From Candidatus Hodarchaeota archaeon (GTDB taxonomy: Archaea; Asgardarchaeota; Lokiarchaeia; Sigyniarchaeales; SOKP01), in NCBI GenBank assembly GCA_048886685.1, contig JBHLKM010000005.1, forward strand, positions 170,958 through 234,957: a DNA stretch of 64,000 nucleotides. The letters are read 5' to 3'. The position numbers and the translations under genes are program-made. The notes below the pieces were generated by a model, which saw only the letters and a program-made list of their open reading frames with translations, had not been told where the DNA came from and ran no database searches. The stretch's first letter is position 1. Every line of letters begins with the position of its first letter. Of this stretch, positions 39,015-48,305 are shown in pieces.

Positions 39015-41114
39015 TTATTCTTTATGAGCTTTTAACTTTACAGTAAGATCTCGAGCTCTTTTTGAATACCATATCAATAATTCTCCTGCATCTTCAGGCT
39101 CAAAATATTCTCCACCGCACAAAGACGCTGCTCGTATCATTAATTCACGATCTGGATTTCCAAGACCAACGATGTAGGTAACAACATTGGGATTATCAGA
39201 TAATTTTTTAATTTCACTTAAAAATAGCTCAGGATCCGTTGGAATTCCATCTGTCAAAAGTACTACCATATTTGGACTATCTGGACTGATCTGCTGGAAG
39301 TTTGCTAACACATTATTAGCTTGTACCATTGCAGCACCCATATTTGTGGCCTGTCCATATGCATTTCCAATTCTGTCAACAATCATACGTGCAGCATCCT
39401 CAAGAACGCCTTTTTTACCACTAGCGGAATCCATATAATAACTATTACCAAATGGCAAAATTTGTGCCTCGTCAGCAAATCGTATTACTGCTACTTTTTC
39501 TCCGAAACCTCTTCCAACCTTTTCGCTTAAAAATAAAACTGCAGCAAAAGCAGCAGATATCCGTCGGGGTATATTAATGCCATCCTTGAAATGTTTTAAG
39601 AACTCTTGAATTTCTCGAGATTCCATAGCCGCTTTTATTCCTTCAATAGCAGGAGCTATGTTTGTTACAAACACATCTCTTGCCATCATACTCCGGCTAA
39701 TATCTATTATTAAAATAGCGTTAAAGGGAACTAATCCTACTGGACTTAAAGTTAACGTAGTATTTTCAGTGACACTTGCAAAAATATCTCCAGTAAGATC
39801 AGGAACAGTCTCCAAAACCGAGCAAGCAATGTTTACAGCATTCCATCTTAACTTTATTCCCTTAAAGATAACGTAATTTGATATCCAGCTTTTCATAGAT
39901 GATACATTTTCTCGTGCAGTGCTAATAGTTTCCCAAATTGCTTCTCCCGATATTGGTGAAACACCCAAAGAAATATTCTGTAAAGGAATAATCGTTCTTT
40001 GATTCTTAGAAACTTTTACTTCAAAGCTTCCTATCCCAGAAGCTTCTAATATTTCACTATCAATGATAATTACATCATCTGGAGTTGATTCTAAAACATC
40101 TACTTTTCCAGCACCCATAGCTCCAGTTAATTCATCCTCGAACGCCAGAATATCATTTTGCTGAATTGAGAGAGAAAGCTGAGTTCTTGGGCTCACCAAT
40201 GCATATCCCATTAAATTAGGTTGGGATTCAACCTGTAACATTAATTCAGATACTTTTTCTATGGGGGGTTCTGTTGAATACACGACTACTTGGTCAGATT
40301 GAATATTGGTATCTTCATAAGTATCAAAACTCATCTTTATATCAGTCATAGCGATATTTGTTTCATCAATCCGAGCCGATCCCATAGACCTTGTTAAAGG
40401 ATCTTCCCAAGCTATTAACATTCCTCGACCAAGACCTAATTTTTGTATAATATTAGGACTTAATTGAACTCTTCCTCCTTCAATATTGTTATCCAATACA
40501 GGTTTAAGAATTATACCACGTTTTTGACTCACTAACGTATTGATATCGATTTTATTAGGGTAAGGTTCAACGGGAGCTGCTGGCTCAATCGAAGGTTGTG
40601 CTGAAGGTAATGGAGATAAGGAAGGCGGTGGTGCAGGAGCAGGTGGTGTTGGCGTGATTTGAGGTGTTGGTGTAAGCTGTCTGATTGGTTGAGGTATTGT
40701 AGTAGGTTGAGGAACTGGGGCTGGCTGAATCTGTGGAGGTGGTGCAGGTTGTGGAGTTGGTTGTTGTGCGGCTGTAGGTTGAGGAGGGAATGATTCAGGA
40801 GCGAACTGTTGTGTAGGAACTTTAGGAACTTGTTGTTCAAGTGAAAGGGAGGCAGCAGCACTAGCAAGACGCACAGTTAGCTCTACTCCTGAAAATTGTA
40901 AATCTTCAAGAATATTCTTTGCGAATTGACCCGCAAAATCTAACATGTCATTTGATATTTCTACGACAGCGACTTTTTTTAAGTTATTATCTAAATTAAT
41001 AATCTCTACTGAATCTCCATTTTTAACGCCGAGTTCATCTGCATTAGATTGACAAATTACGACTTTATTAGATATTTCATCACTAGCATCTACAAAAAGT
41101 TTAAGTTCTGCCAT
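39015..41114 (-). CDS. Cdc48-N-like double-psi barrels, proline-rich linker and vWA domain
   Basis: ADELGVKNGDSVEI, IQKLGLGRGMLI, LSLSIQQNDIL; P/Q-rich linker; MIDAS DISRS, ATNMG, LTDG. Confidence 0.78.
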   Translation of the reverse strand: MAELKLFVDASDEISNKVVICQSNADELGVKNGDSVEIINLDNNLKKVAVVEISNDMLDFAGQFAKNILEDLQFSGVELTVRLASAAASLSLEQQVPKVPTQQFAPESFPPQPTAAQQPTPQPAPPPQIQPAPVPQPTTIPQPIRQLTPTPQITPTPPAPAPPPSLSPLPSAQPSIEPAAPVEPYPNKIDINTLVSQKRGIILKPVLDNNIEGGRVQLSPNIIQKLGLGRGMLIAWEDPLTRSMGSARIDETNIAMTDIKMSFDTYEDTNIQSDQVVVYSTEPPIEKVSELMLQVESQPNLMGYALVSPRTQLSLSIQQNDILAFEDELTGAMGAGKVDVLESTPDDVIIIDSEILEASGIGSFEVKVSKNQRTIIPLQNISLGVSPISGEAIWETISTARENVSSMKSWISNYVIFKGIKLRWNAVNIACSVLETVPDLTGDIFASVTENTTLTLSPVGLVPFNAILIIDISRSMMARDVFVTNIAPAIEGIKAAMESREIQEFLKHFKDGINIPRRISAAFAAVLFLSEKVGRGFGEKVAVIRFADEAQILPFGNSYYMDSASGKKGVLEDAARMIVDRIGNAYGQATNMGAAMVQANNVLANFQQISPDSPNMVVLLTDGIPTDPELFLSEIKKLSDNPNVVTYIVGLGNPDRELMIRAASLCGGEYFEPEDAGELLIWYSKRARDLTVKLKAHKE

Positions 41115-41343
41115 ATTTATTCATTAATTTTACTCTATTTTTTAATTTAATATAAGTGATGTAGATTAAAATTTCTATCAATTAATCTTTAACAGTCTTT
41201 ATTAATAATAAACTAATATCAGTATAAGATATTTATCAAGAATTGATAAACTTATCCATATAAATAAATTTGTGCGAAAAATAATTAAAGAAAAAAAAAA
41301 AGAATTATGATTTAAGTAAAATTTGTTTTCAGATTTAACCTTA

Positions 41344-41469
41344 TTATTGTTGTACTGCTAGTATTTCTGCCTCAGAAACCATAAGATCATACTTATAAAT
41401 GTATCCCTCAATTACATGAAATCCTGCCAAAAATCGGGTGATATATGTTAATGCTTCCTCTAAAGACAT
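41344..41469 (-). CDS. unannotated 41-aa protein
   Basis: Manual translation MSLEEALTYITRFLAGFHVIEGYIYKYDLMVSEAEILAVQQ** with double TAA; coding-like composition within AT-rich flanks. Confidence 0.55.
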   Translation of the reverse strand: MSLEEALTYITRFLAGFHVIEGYIYKYDLMVSEAEILAVQQ

Positions 41470-41579
41470 ACATTTATGTTAAAAAAACATGATTTCTTTA
41501 CTAAAATTTACACACAGAAATAGAATGTAAAGTAAAGATTAAGTGAGAGAAAATGATGAAAAAATGAAATTTTTTAACT

Positions 41580-41966
41580 CTATTTGGGATATCTTTTACT
41601 TATTTCACCTGCATAATATCTGAACACCTTTACAACTTTTCCGAGTTCAGGCATTTGTCTGGATGCGCCCATTAAGAAAAATCTGCCAGCAGCACTGAGT
41701 ATAATAAAACCATTATCGCCACGTAAAATTACCTCCATCATATTATTATAACCGAGAGAATTTATCGCATCATCTCCAGATTGGACAACCACTGCGCTCA
41801 AACTTGAGAATAAATCAGGATCAATAGCATATCCTGGAATTGCGCTAAACGCAAGACGGAGCCCTTCCCGTGTGATTAAAGCTAAGGCTTCTAAATCGGA
41901 ATATTCAGTTATACTAGATAAAAATGTCGAAAGAGAATGCGCTTCTTCTGGAGTTAATTCAGCCAT
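41580..41966 (-). CDS. Roadblock/LC7 (MglB-like) protein
   Basis: LEALALITREGL, FSSLSA, EVILRGDNGFIIL, PELGKV. Confidence 0.88.
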   Translation of the reverse strand: MAELTPEEAHSLSTFLSSITEYSDLEALALITREGLRLAFSAIPGYAIDPDLFSSLSAVVVQSGDDAINSLGYNNMMEVILRGDNGFIILSAAGRFFLMGASRQMPELGKVVKVFRYYAGEISKRYPK

Positions 41967-42098
41967 AATGAATTAAATTTTTTTTTATTCAATTAATAAT
42001 AAGTAAAAAATTTAGACTTAAAAAATTATATTTTGCGAATATTTGAAATTTTAAACTTCTTTAAATAAAATAAGAGAAATTAAATTGAAAAAATTTAC

Positions 42099-42938
42099 TT
42101 AACTACCTTCTAATTGTTGTTTAATTTGATCTTTTAATAACTCTCGTTTTGATTTTCCTTCTACTGGAGTAGATGGTCGGCCAGTACGTTTAAGAAACTC
42201 TATTGCTAATATCTTTCCCTGTTCTGACAAAATTCGAGGGCTGTAATTCTCAGCGAAGAAGATTCCCTCAGGGATCGAACCTACTTTCGAGATTTCTTTA
42301 GTAACCTGCTTTTCCCCTAAGAATTGTTGTACTTTTTCAACGACAGAATAAGCTTGGTTTCCAATTATTATTAATTCTCTTTCAAAACCAGTAGGTATCT
42401 TAATTTCTTCTAATTTCGCCATAATCTCTTGAAAATCGATTTGAGTCTCCTCTTGCATATATGCTGCCATCGAATCGTCTCCTCTATATAAAGGACCTGC
42501 ATTTTGTGCTGCTAGTGTTTTACTCCCTGCAATATTCATTCCGTTAGCGGGTTCTGGAGCTCCAAAAATATTCCTTTCCCTCAATGGATGAACGCTTGGT
42601 GGAGCCATTGGTTCACCTTTTATTTCTTTAGCAATTCCCGCTTTTGTTCTTCCACCAATAAGATTTATAAATTCAGCATCCTCATCACCCTCGTCAAGAG
42701 GTATTACACTATAATGCATTCCCACTTGACCACGAATTTCTTGAGATCTTTTCGCACCAATAAACTTGGATCTAACACTACTTTTAACACCCTTCCAAAG
42801 ATAAACCTTTCTAGCATCATCAGCAACAAGGACATAACACTCGTCAGTTTTTAACATATCCTTAATTGAACCTTCAGTTGTCAGTTCGGTTGTTGTTCCA
42901 TCTGGATTAATAAGAAACAATTGCGTTATTTTAATCAA
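42099..42938 (-). CDS. single gelsolin-domain protein with C-terminal extra domain (1DGelX-like)
   Basis: LKTDECYVL, KVYLWKG..SS..SKFIGA, LDEGDEDAEF. Confidence 0.85.
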   Translation of the reverse strand: MIKITQLFLINPDGTTTELTTEGSIKDMLKTDECYVLVADDARKVYLWKGVKSSVRSKFIGAKRSQEIRGQVGMHYSVIPLDEGDEDAEFINLIGGRTKAGIAKEIKGEPMAPPSVHPLRERNIFGAPEPANGMNIAGSKTLAAQNAGPLYRGDDSMAAYMQEETQIDFQEIMAKLEEIKIPTGFERELIIIGNQAYSVVEKVQQFLGEKQVTKEISKVGSIPEGIFFAENYSPRILSEQGKILAIEFLKRTGRPSTPVEGKSKRELLKDQIKQQLEGS

Positions 42939-43155
42939 TCTCCTCTATTCTGTTATGAAAACTAACTTATAGTTAAATAAAATATGTTAATTTGAAATTG
43001 TTACTCAAAATATTAATTGTAAAACTCAATTTAGTTATCATAATAACTAGTTTAATAATATAATAAATTAGAAATTAATAAATTTTTATCAAAAAATAAA
43101 AACACGTTCTGACATCTCTTAATTTGTTATCAAATATTTTCAATATTTTGGTATA

Positions 43156-44721
43156 TTAAAGATTAAATATTTCTTTTATAGCCTTATTAATATTGTTAAT
43201 CATATCGACTGCAGTAAAACGCGTTCCAATGTTCTCTTTACAATATTCACCAATAATACCATTAAGGAATGCACCAGAACATGCTGATTTAAATAGATTA
43301 TTATCTGTAGCTAAGAAAGCAGCACATAATCCAGCTAAGACGTCACCTGTACCACCTATTGACATTTCTGGACAACCTGTGCGATTAATTTTTAGTTCTT
43401 TCCCATTGCTTATATAATCATAGGGGCCTTTTACAAGGAGAGTAAAATCATATATTTTCGCTAACTTTAATACTGCTTTGCTCCTTTCTTCAATCTGGTC
43501 ATAGGGAGGTAATTCAATACCAGTCATTATTTCTAATTCCCCTTCATGTGGTGTTAAAATAACTTGCTGACCTTTCAATATTTCAAGATGATTTTTAACT
43601 AATTTTAAAGAATCAGCATCAAGTAAATATGGCTTCTTTTCTTGATTGAGTTTTTTCAATAGATTTACTAATAATTCTTCAGTTTCCTTTTGCAATCCTA
43701 ACCCAGGTCCTATGACTACAGCGTTCGACCATTCAATCAATTCTGAGATTTCATTAAAGGAATTCATATTTAACCATTTACCTGGGCTTGTTCTAACAAT
43801 CATGTTTGGGGAAAAATTTCTTATAACATCTCCAATAACCTCTGGAACATAGGTAATAACCAAATCAATTCCAAAATTAATTCCTGCTAGCGAAGAATAT
43901 GCAGGAGCACCAGAATAATTTTTGGAACCTCCAATAACAAGTATTCTTCCAAATTGTCCCTTATGATTATCAATATTTCTAGTTTTTAGGGTTGGAAATA
44001 AATCACCTCTTCCTACGAATATCGACGCCTCAAAGGGGACTCCGATGGATCTAATTATGATTTTTTTTATATAATCGCTTTTAATATCTAATCCTTTTTT
44101 AATTCGATGGAGTGCTACAACTAAATCTGCTCTCACAGCCTTATGAACCACTTCTCCGGTATCTGGATTCATACCAGAAGGTAAATCTATTGATACGACA
44201 TTTATTTCGCTTTCCTCTCTCAATTTATTTATAACGTCGATAGCTGTAGAAATAGGTTCTCGGATTTTTCCAGATATTCCTGTGCCTAATAATGCATCGA
44301 CAATTAAACTTAGATTCTTCTTATCTTCTCTCAATAATCTTATTTTTTCAATTTCTGTTGAATCACGTATTATTATCGTTTTAACCAAATAATTAATTTT
44401 GTTCTTAATTGCATCCCAATTGAATCGTGAAGCCATAGTTCTTATTTTTTCTGGAGTCCCAACCAGGATTACTAAAGATTTGATATTAAATGCACTTAAA
44501 TGTCTTGCAACTACAAAACCATCTCCCCCGTTATTTCCAGTACCACAAAAAATCGCAACAGTTGACTTATTACTAAGATTGTATCTTCGTACAATTTCAT
44601 CCGCAATAGCGTATCCAGCACACTCCATTAAATGAATTAAGGGAATTCCCAACCATTGAGCATTATTATCGGCTATAGTAACATCTTCAGCCAAAATTTT
44701 TTCAGAATTAAATCTCTCCAT
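43156..44721 (-). CDS. nnr: bifunctional NAD(P)H-hydrate epimerase/dehydratase
   Basis: LMECAG, CGTGNNGGDG, DALLGTG, DLPSG, HKGQFG, GPGLG, LTPHEGE, GGTGDVLAG. Confidence 0.95.
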   Translation of the reverse strand: MERFNSEKILAEDVTIADNNAQWLGIPLIHLMECAGYAIADEIVRRYNLSNKSTVAIFCGTGNNGGDGFVVARHLSAFNIKSLVILVGTPEKIRTMASRFNWDAIKNKINYLVKTIIIRDSTEIEKIRLLREDKKNLSLIVDALLGTGISGKIREPISTAIDVINKLREESEINVVSIDLPSGMNPDTGEVVHKAVRADLVVALHRIKKGLDIKSDYIKKIIIRSIGVPFEASIFVGRGDLFPTLKTRNIDNHKGQFGRILVIGGSKNYSGAPAYSSLAGINFGIDLVITYVPEVIGDVIRNFSPNMIVRTSPGKWLNMNSFNEISELIEWSNAVVIGPGLGLQKETEELLVNLLKKLNQEKKPYLLDADSLKLVKNHLEILKGQQVILTPHEGELEIMTGIELPPYDQIEERSKAVLKLAKIYDFTLLVKGPYDYISNGKELKINRTGCPEMSIGGTGDVLAGLCAAFLATDNNLFKSACSGAFLNGIIGEYCKENIGTRFTAVDMINNINKAIKEIFNL

Positions 44722-44818
44722 AACAATTAATCTTAAGATTCTGAACTAAAAAAGATTATTTTATTAAAAGGATTATATAACAAATCAAGGTTGATGAATC
44801 TTATTTTGTAGTATACAT

Positions 44819-46078
44819 ATGAATGCATTTAAAGAAGATATTAGTGAAGCAAAAGAAAGATTAAAAGCATGGTGGGATCATGAAATTATCGATCGTCCCG
44901 CTATCTCATATTATTACCCCCGCGAAGGTGCCTCATTTACTGGGCTTCTCGATATTTTTGGGTTAGGGTGGGATTTAGCTAAATATCCTGATAGCATTGA
45001 ACAAGTACTTAAAAATTTTGAGGATAGAATATCAGGTTTATACTTTGGAGGGGAAAACATTCCTTCTTTTTTTCCAAACTATGGTGCGGGAATTATGGCT
45101 GCAGTTTTTGGAGTTATACCAAAGTATCAGACTCGAACTGTCTGGTTCAGTCGTCCTACTCCTGTTGATGAGATTGTTTCCCTCCTTGAAAGCGTTAAAT
45201 TAAACAATGATAATCCTTGGTATTCAAGATTATTACGTATAACAGAATATGCCGCTAAAAAGTCTCAAGGAAAATATCAAGTCTCAATGACAGATTTAGG
45301 AGGGATTTTAGATATTCTATCCTCTTTTTTAGGTCCTAAAAATATTATTCTTACTATGAAAAGACGTCCTGATATTATAGATACGTGCCGGGCTGTAATC
45401 TTAGAAAAGACTCTGAAAGTTTATGACGATCTTCAAAATATAATTGAAAAATATAATGACGGATGTAATGCGTGGCTTAATGTGTGGAATGCAAAGCGAT
45501 GGTATCCTATTCAATGTGATTTTAGTGCAATGCTTAATCCTAAATGGTTCAAAAGATTTGCACTACCTGACATTAAAGCTCAGGCAGCTCATATGGACTA
45601 TTCAATATATCATTTAGATGGTCCATTAGCTATCACTCATCTAGATGACTTATTATCAATTCCAGAACTTACAGGAATTCAATGGGTGCCAGGCGATGGT
45701 CGAGAACCAATGGGACATGAGAAATGGTATCCAATTTATAAAAAAATTCAAGCTACAGGCAAAAATATTGTCAATACAGTAACCCCTAGTCGACTTTCTA
45801 CTATGTATCGAAATTTTGATCCAAAAGGATTATATCTTCGAACTGTATTTTTTAGTTACCATCTTGCAGGGTTTTATTTACCAAAATTTATTGGAGGAGA
45901 TGAAGGTGAAATCATCGAAAGGAGCATTGAATGGGCAGAATTGAGAAATTTGGATCATCTGAGTAATACAAATTTCGAATTATTTCTAGAAGAAAATAAA
46001 ATAAGACTTGAAAATAGAGATCCTATAAAAGTACAACAGGAAATAAATAGAAAATTAAAACGTAGGAAAAGAACCTAG
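44819..46078 (+). CDS. UroD/MtaA-like TIM-barrel protein
   Basis: IIDRP, MTDLGG..DIL, QCDFSAM, YHLDGP, IQWVPG. Confidence 0.75.
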   Translation: MNAFKEDISEAKERLKAWWDHEIIDRPAISYYYPREGASFTGLLDIFGLGWDLAKYPDSIEQVLKNFEDRISGLYFGGENIPSFFPNYGAGIMAAVFGVIPKYQTRTVWFSRPTPVDEIVSLLESVKLNNDNPWYSRLLRITEYAAKKSQGKYQVSMTDLGGILDILSSFLGPKNIILTMKRRPDIIDTCRAVILEKTLKVYDDLQNIIEKYNDGCNAWLNVWNAKRWYPIQCDFSAMLNPKWFKRFALPDIKAQAAHMDYSIYHLDGPLAITHLDDLLSIPELTGIQWVPGDGREPMGHEKWYPIYKKIQATGKNIVNTVTPSRLSTMYRNFDPKGLYLRTVFFSYHLAGFYLPKFIGGDEGEIIERSIEWAELRNLDHLSNTNFELFLEENKIRLENRDPIKVQQEINRKLKRRKRT

Positions 46079-46085
46079 TTTTTTG

Positions 46086-46865
46086 CTATTTTCTTTCCAT
46101 ATAATAATAATCATATATTTTTTTCATCCCAAATTTCTGATACAAGTTTAGAGCTTTAAAATTATCTTTTTCTACTTGTAGCCAAATATATTTTACCTCA
46201 TTTGGTATAGCCCATTTCTCGAGTAATTTAATTAACATAGATGTCGCTATATTTTGTCTTCTATAATCTGGATGGACGAAAACATCTCCGACATACAAAT
46301 ACCCTTGGGGAACTAATACTGCCAAGAGAGTTCCAATAATCTCATTCGTATTTTTGGTGAGCATATAACATTTTTTCGGAATAATTATTCTTTGATTGAT
46401 TTTTTGAATGATATTTTGGTCTTTTTCATCCCATTTCGAGAATTTAGCTAAAAAATCGGAGATTTCCTTAATTCGGAAATTAAAAATATGATATTCAAAT
46501 TCTTTATTTACTTCTTTAGATTGAATATCTTTAATCTTTATTCCTAATGCACTTGTATGATTATATGGTTGATAGCCCCTTTTCAGTAACTTTTCCACAA
46601 GGTTTTTAGGCTCATGAAAATCAGGGATGGTAAAAACCGCTTTTAAATTATGAGCTTTATATGTCTTTTCAACTAACTTTATATCGTTAACAAGAGTTTT
46701 TTGGTTACCGGTATATTGTATAGGGAAAACAGAATTAGCTCGAGATGTAACGCCTTCAGTAAAACGTATTATCCACCCGTTTAAAAAAAAATAATGCTTT
46801 GCTGGCCATGAATTCATCAAAAATTCTTGAAATTGACGTATTTCTTTTTTTGATTTCATTCTCAT
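46086..46865 (-). CDS. GNAT N-acetyltransferase
   Basis: GVTSRANSV, VHPDYRRQNIA, WLQVEKDN..ALNLY; start moved to ATG 46865 (or 46859) because the track start lies inside the tRNA. Confidence 0.88.
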   Translation of the reverse strand: MRMKSKKEIRQFQEFLMNSWPAKHYFFLNGWIIRFTEGVTSRANSVFPIQYTGNQKTLVNDIKLVEKTYKAHNLKAVFTIPDFHEPKNLVEKLLKRGYQPYNHTSALGIKIKDIQSKEVNKEFEYHIFNFRIKEISDFLAKFSKWDEKDQNIIQKINQRIIIPKKCYMLTKNTNEIIGTLLAVLVPQGYLYVGDVFVHPDYRRQNIATSMLIKLLEKWAIPNEVKYIWLQVEKDNFKALNLYQKFGMKKIYDYYYMERK

Positions 46866-46921
46866 CAAATATATGAAAGATGTATACAATTTTAAACTTC
46901 TTTGGATTAAATTAAAAGGAG

Positions 46922-47029
46922 TGCCGGTGGAGGGGTTTGAGCCCTCGACCTCCAGAATACATCCGGTCTGACCCAATCTTTCAGAAGGATTATGAGTCTG
47001 GCGCTATGACCAAGCTAAGCCACACCGGC
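46922..47029 (-). tRNA. tRNA-Met(CAU), probably elongator, with 33-nt intron (about 46958..46990)
   Basis: Acceptor GCCGGTG/CACCGGC, anticodon stem CCAGA/TCTGG, CT-CAT-A followed by the insertion, T stem GAGGG/CCCTC; tRNA-Ile2 not formally excluded. Confidence 0.88.
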
Positions 47030-47046
47030 ATACTAAATTTATATAC

Positions 47047-47119
47047 AGCCCTCGGCGGGATTTGAACCCGCGACCTTTGCCTTACCAAGGCAACGCTCTA
47101 CCACCTAAGCAACGAAGGC
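47047..47119 (-). tRNA. tRNA-Thr(GGU)
   Basis: Acceptor GCCTTCG/CGAGGGC, anticodon arm TTGCC-TTGGTAA-GGCAA, T arm GCGGG-TTCAAAT-CCCGC; no encoded CCA. Confidence 0.96.
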
Positions 47120-47250
47120 GTTTGATAAACTTCTAACAAACTAAGTAATTATTGCTAAATTAAAAATTTTTTTACCAAATATTATATTTTTACGCTTATA
47201 AAAAAGTAGCAACTCACAAAACCGGAGTATTCTAGAATTTGTCCCTTTAT

Positions 47251-48075
47251 CTATAATTTTGAAGCTTTTAATGTGAAAAGAAGAGGTATCTCAACTTTTT
47301 GATTTTTCAATCTATAATATCCATTAGAATCTTTCTCTGAAAATGCAAATACCTTGTATGAATTAAAAGGATATTCATTAAAGAATTCAATTTTTAACCC
47401 TGCTTGTATTAATGAATTTATAATATCCGAAATGCTGTGATCCCACTCATATTCTTTATGCGGTGGCATATGAGGAGTATCTGATGCATAAGATCCGCTA
47501 GCAATAAGCTCTAATGGTTCTGAACTATGGAAATAGTTGTATTTTAGTTGTAATTCCTTTTGATGATCATTATCAAACATCTTTGAGACAGGATGACCTT
47601 CTGCAATATAGAAGAAACCTCCTGATTTTAAGAAATGAGCTATAATTTCTGCCCACTTTATGAGATCATTAAGCCAGCACAAAACTCCTATAGAGCTATA
47701 TACTATATCGAATTTTTCAGAAAGAACTTTCGGTAAATCATAGAGGTTTGTTTGGATAAAATTCACTGCAAGATTAGCTTTGCTAGCTAATATTTTTGCT
47801 AATCTTATAGCCTCACCTGAAAAATCAATACCAGTCACAATTGCCCCCTCTCGGGCCCAAGAAAGAGTATCTAGTCCAAAATGACATTGAAGATGTAATA
47901 ACTTTTTTCCCCTAACGTTACCCATTTCTTTTAGTTCAAATTGTCTTAGTGAAGTTTTTCCTTCAAGAAATGCTTTCACACTATAAAACTCATTTTCAAT
48001 TTGAAAGTGTTCTTTAGCAAATTCATCCCACATTTTCCGATTTGCTTTAAAATATTTCTCATCCACTTTTTCCAC
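47251..48075 (-). CDS. class I SAM-dependent methyltransferase
   Basis: LLHLQCHFGLDT, VTGIDFS, FDIVY, LKSGG. Confidence 0.92.
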   Translation of the reverse strand: MEKVDEKYFKANRKMWDEFAKEHFQIENEFYSVKAFLEGKTSLRQFELKEMGNVRGKKLLHLQCHFGLDTLSWAREGAIVTGIDFSGEAIRLAKILASKANLAVNFIQTNLYDLPKVLSEKFDIVYSSIGVLCWLNDLIKWAEIIAHFLKSGGFFYIAEGHPVSKMFDNDHQKELQLKYNYFHSSEPLELIASGSYASDTPHMPPHKEYEWDHSISDIINSLIQAGLKIEFFNEYPFNSYKVFAFSEKDSNGYYRLKNQKVEIPLLFTLKASKL

Positions 48076-48305
48076 TTAAGATAAAGAATAACGGTCCAAT
48101 ATGATAAATCTGGAGATATTTAACTTATTATCCTATTTATTTACTTAAAACATGTGAAAAATTAAAAACTTAATTTACGATCATTTTAATCGATAAAATT
48201 AAAAATATAATTGACTATTTAGTATATGGTTTATAATTGAGGACAAATTTAGGTAAAGAAAATAAATTAATTGCCTATCTAAAAAAAAAATAAGGTAGAA
48301 CAAAA

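Noticed and set aside
40532-40867. 111-aa His/Leu-rich ORF
   Set aside because: Alternative-frame shadow of the proline-rich linker
46866-46976. N-terminal extension of the GNAT ORF in the track
   Set aside because: It runs through the tRNA-Met gene; the ATG at 46865 or 46859 gives a normal GNAT
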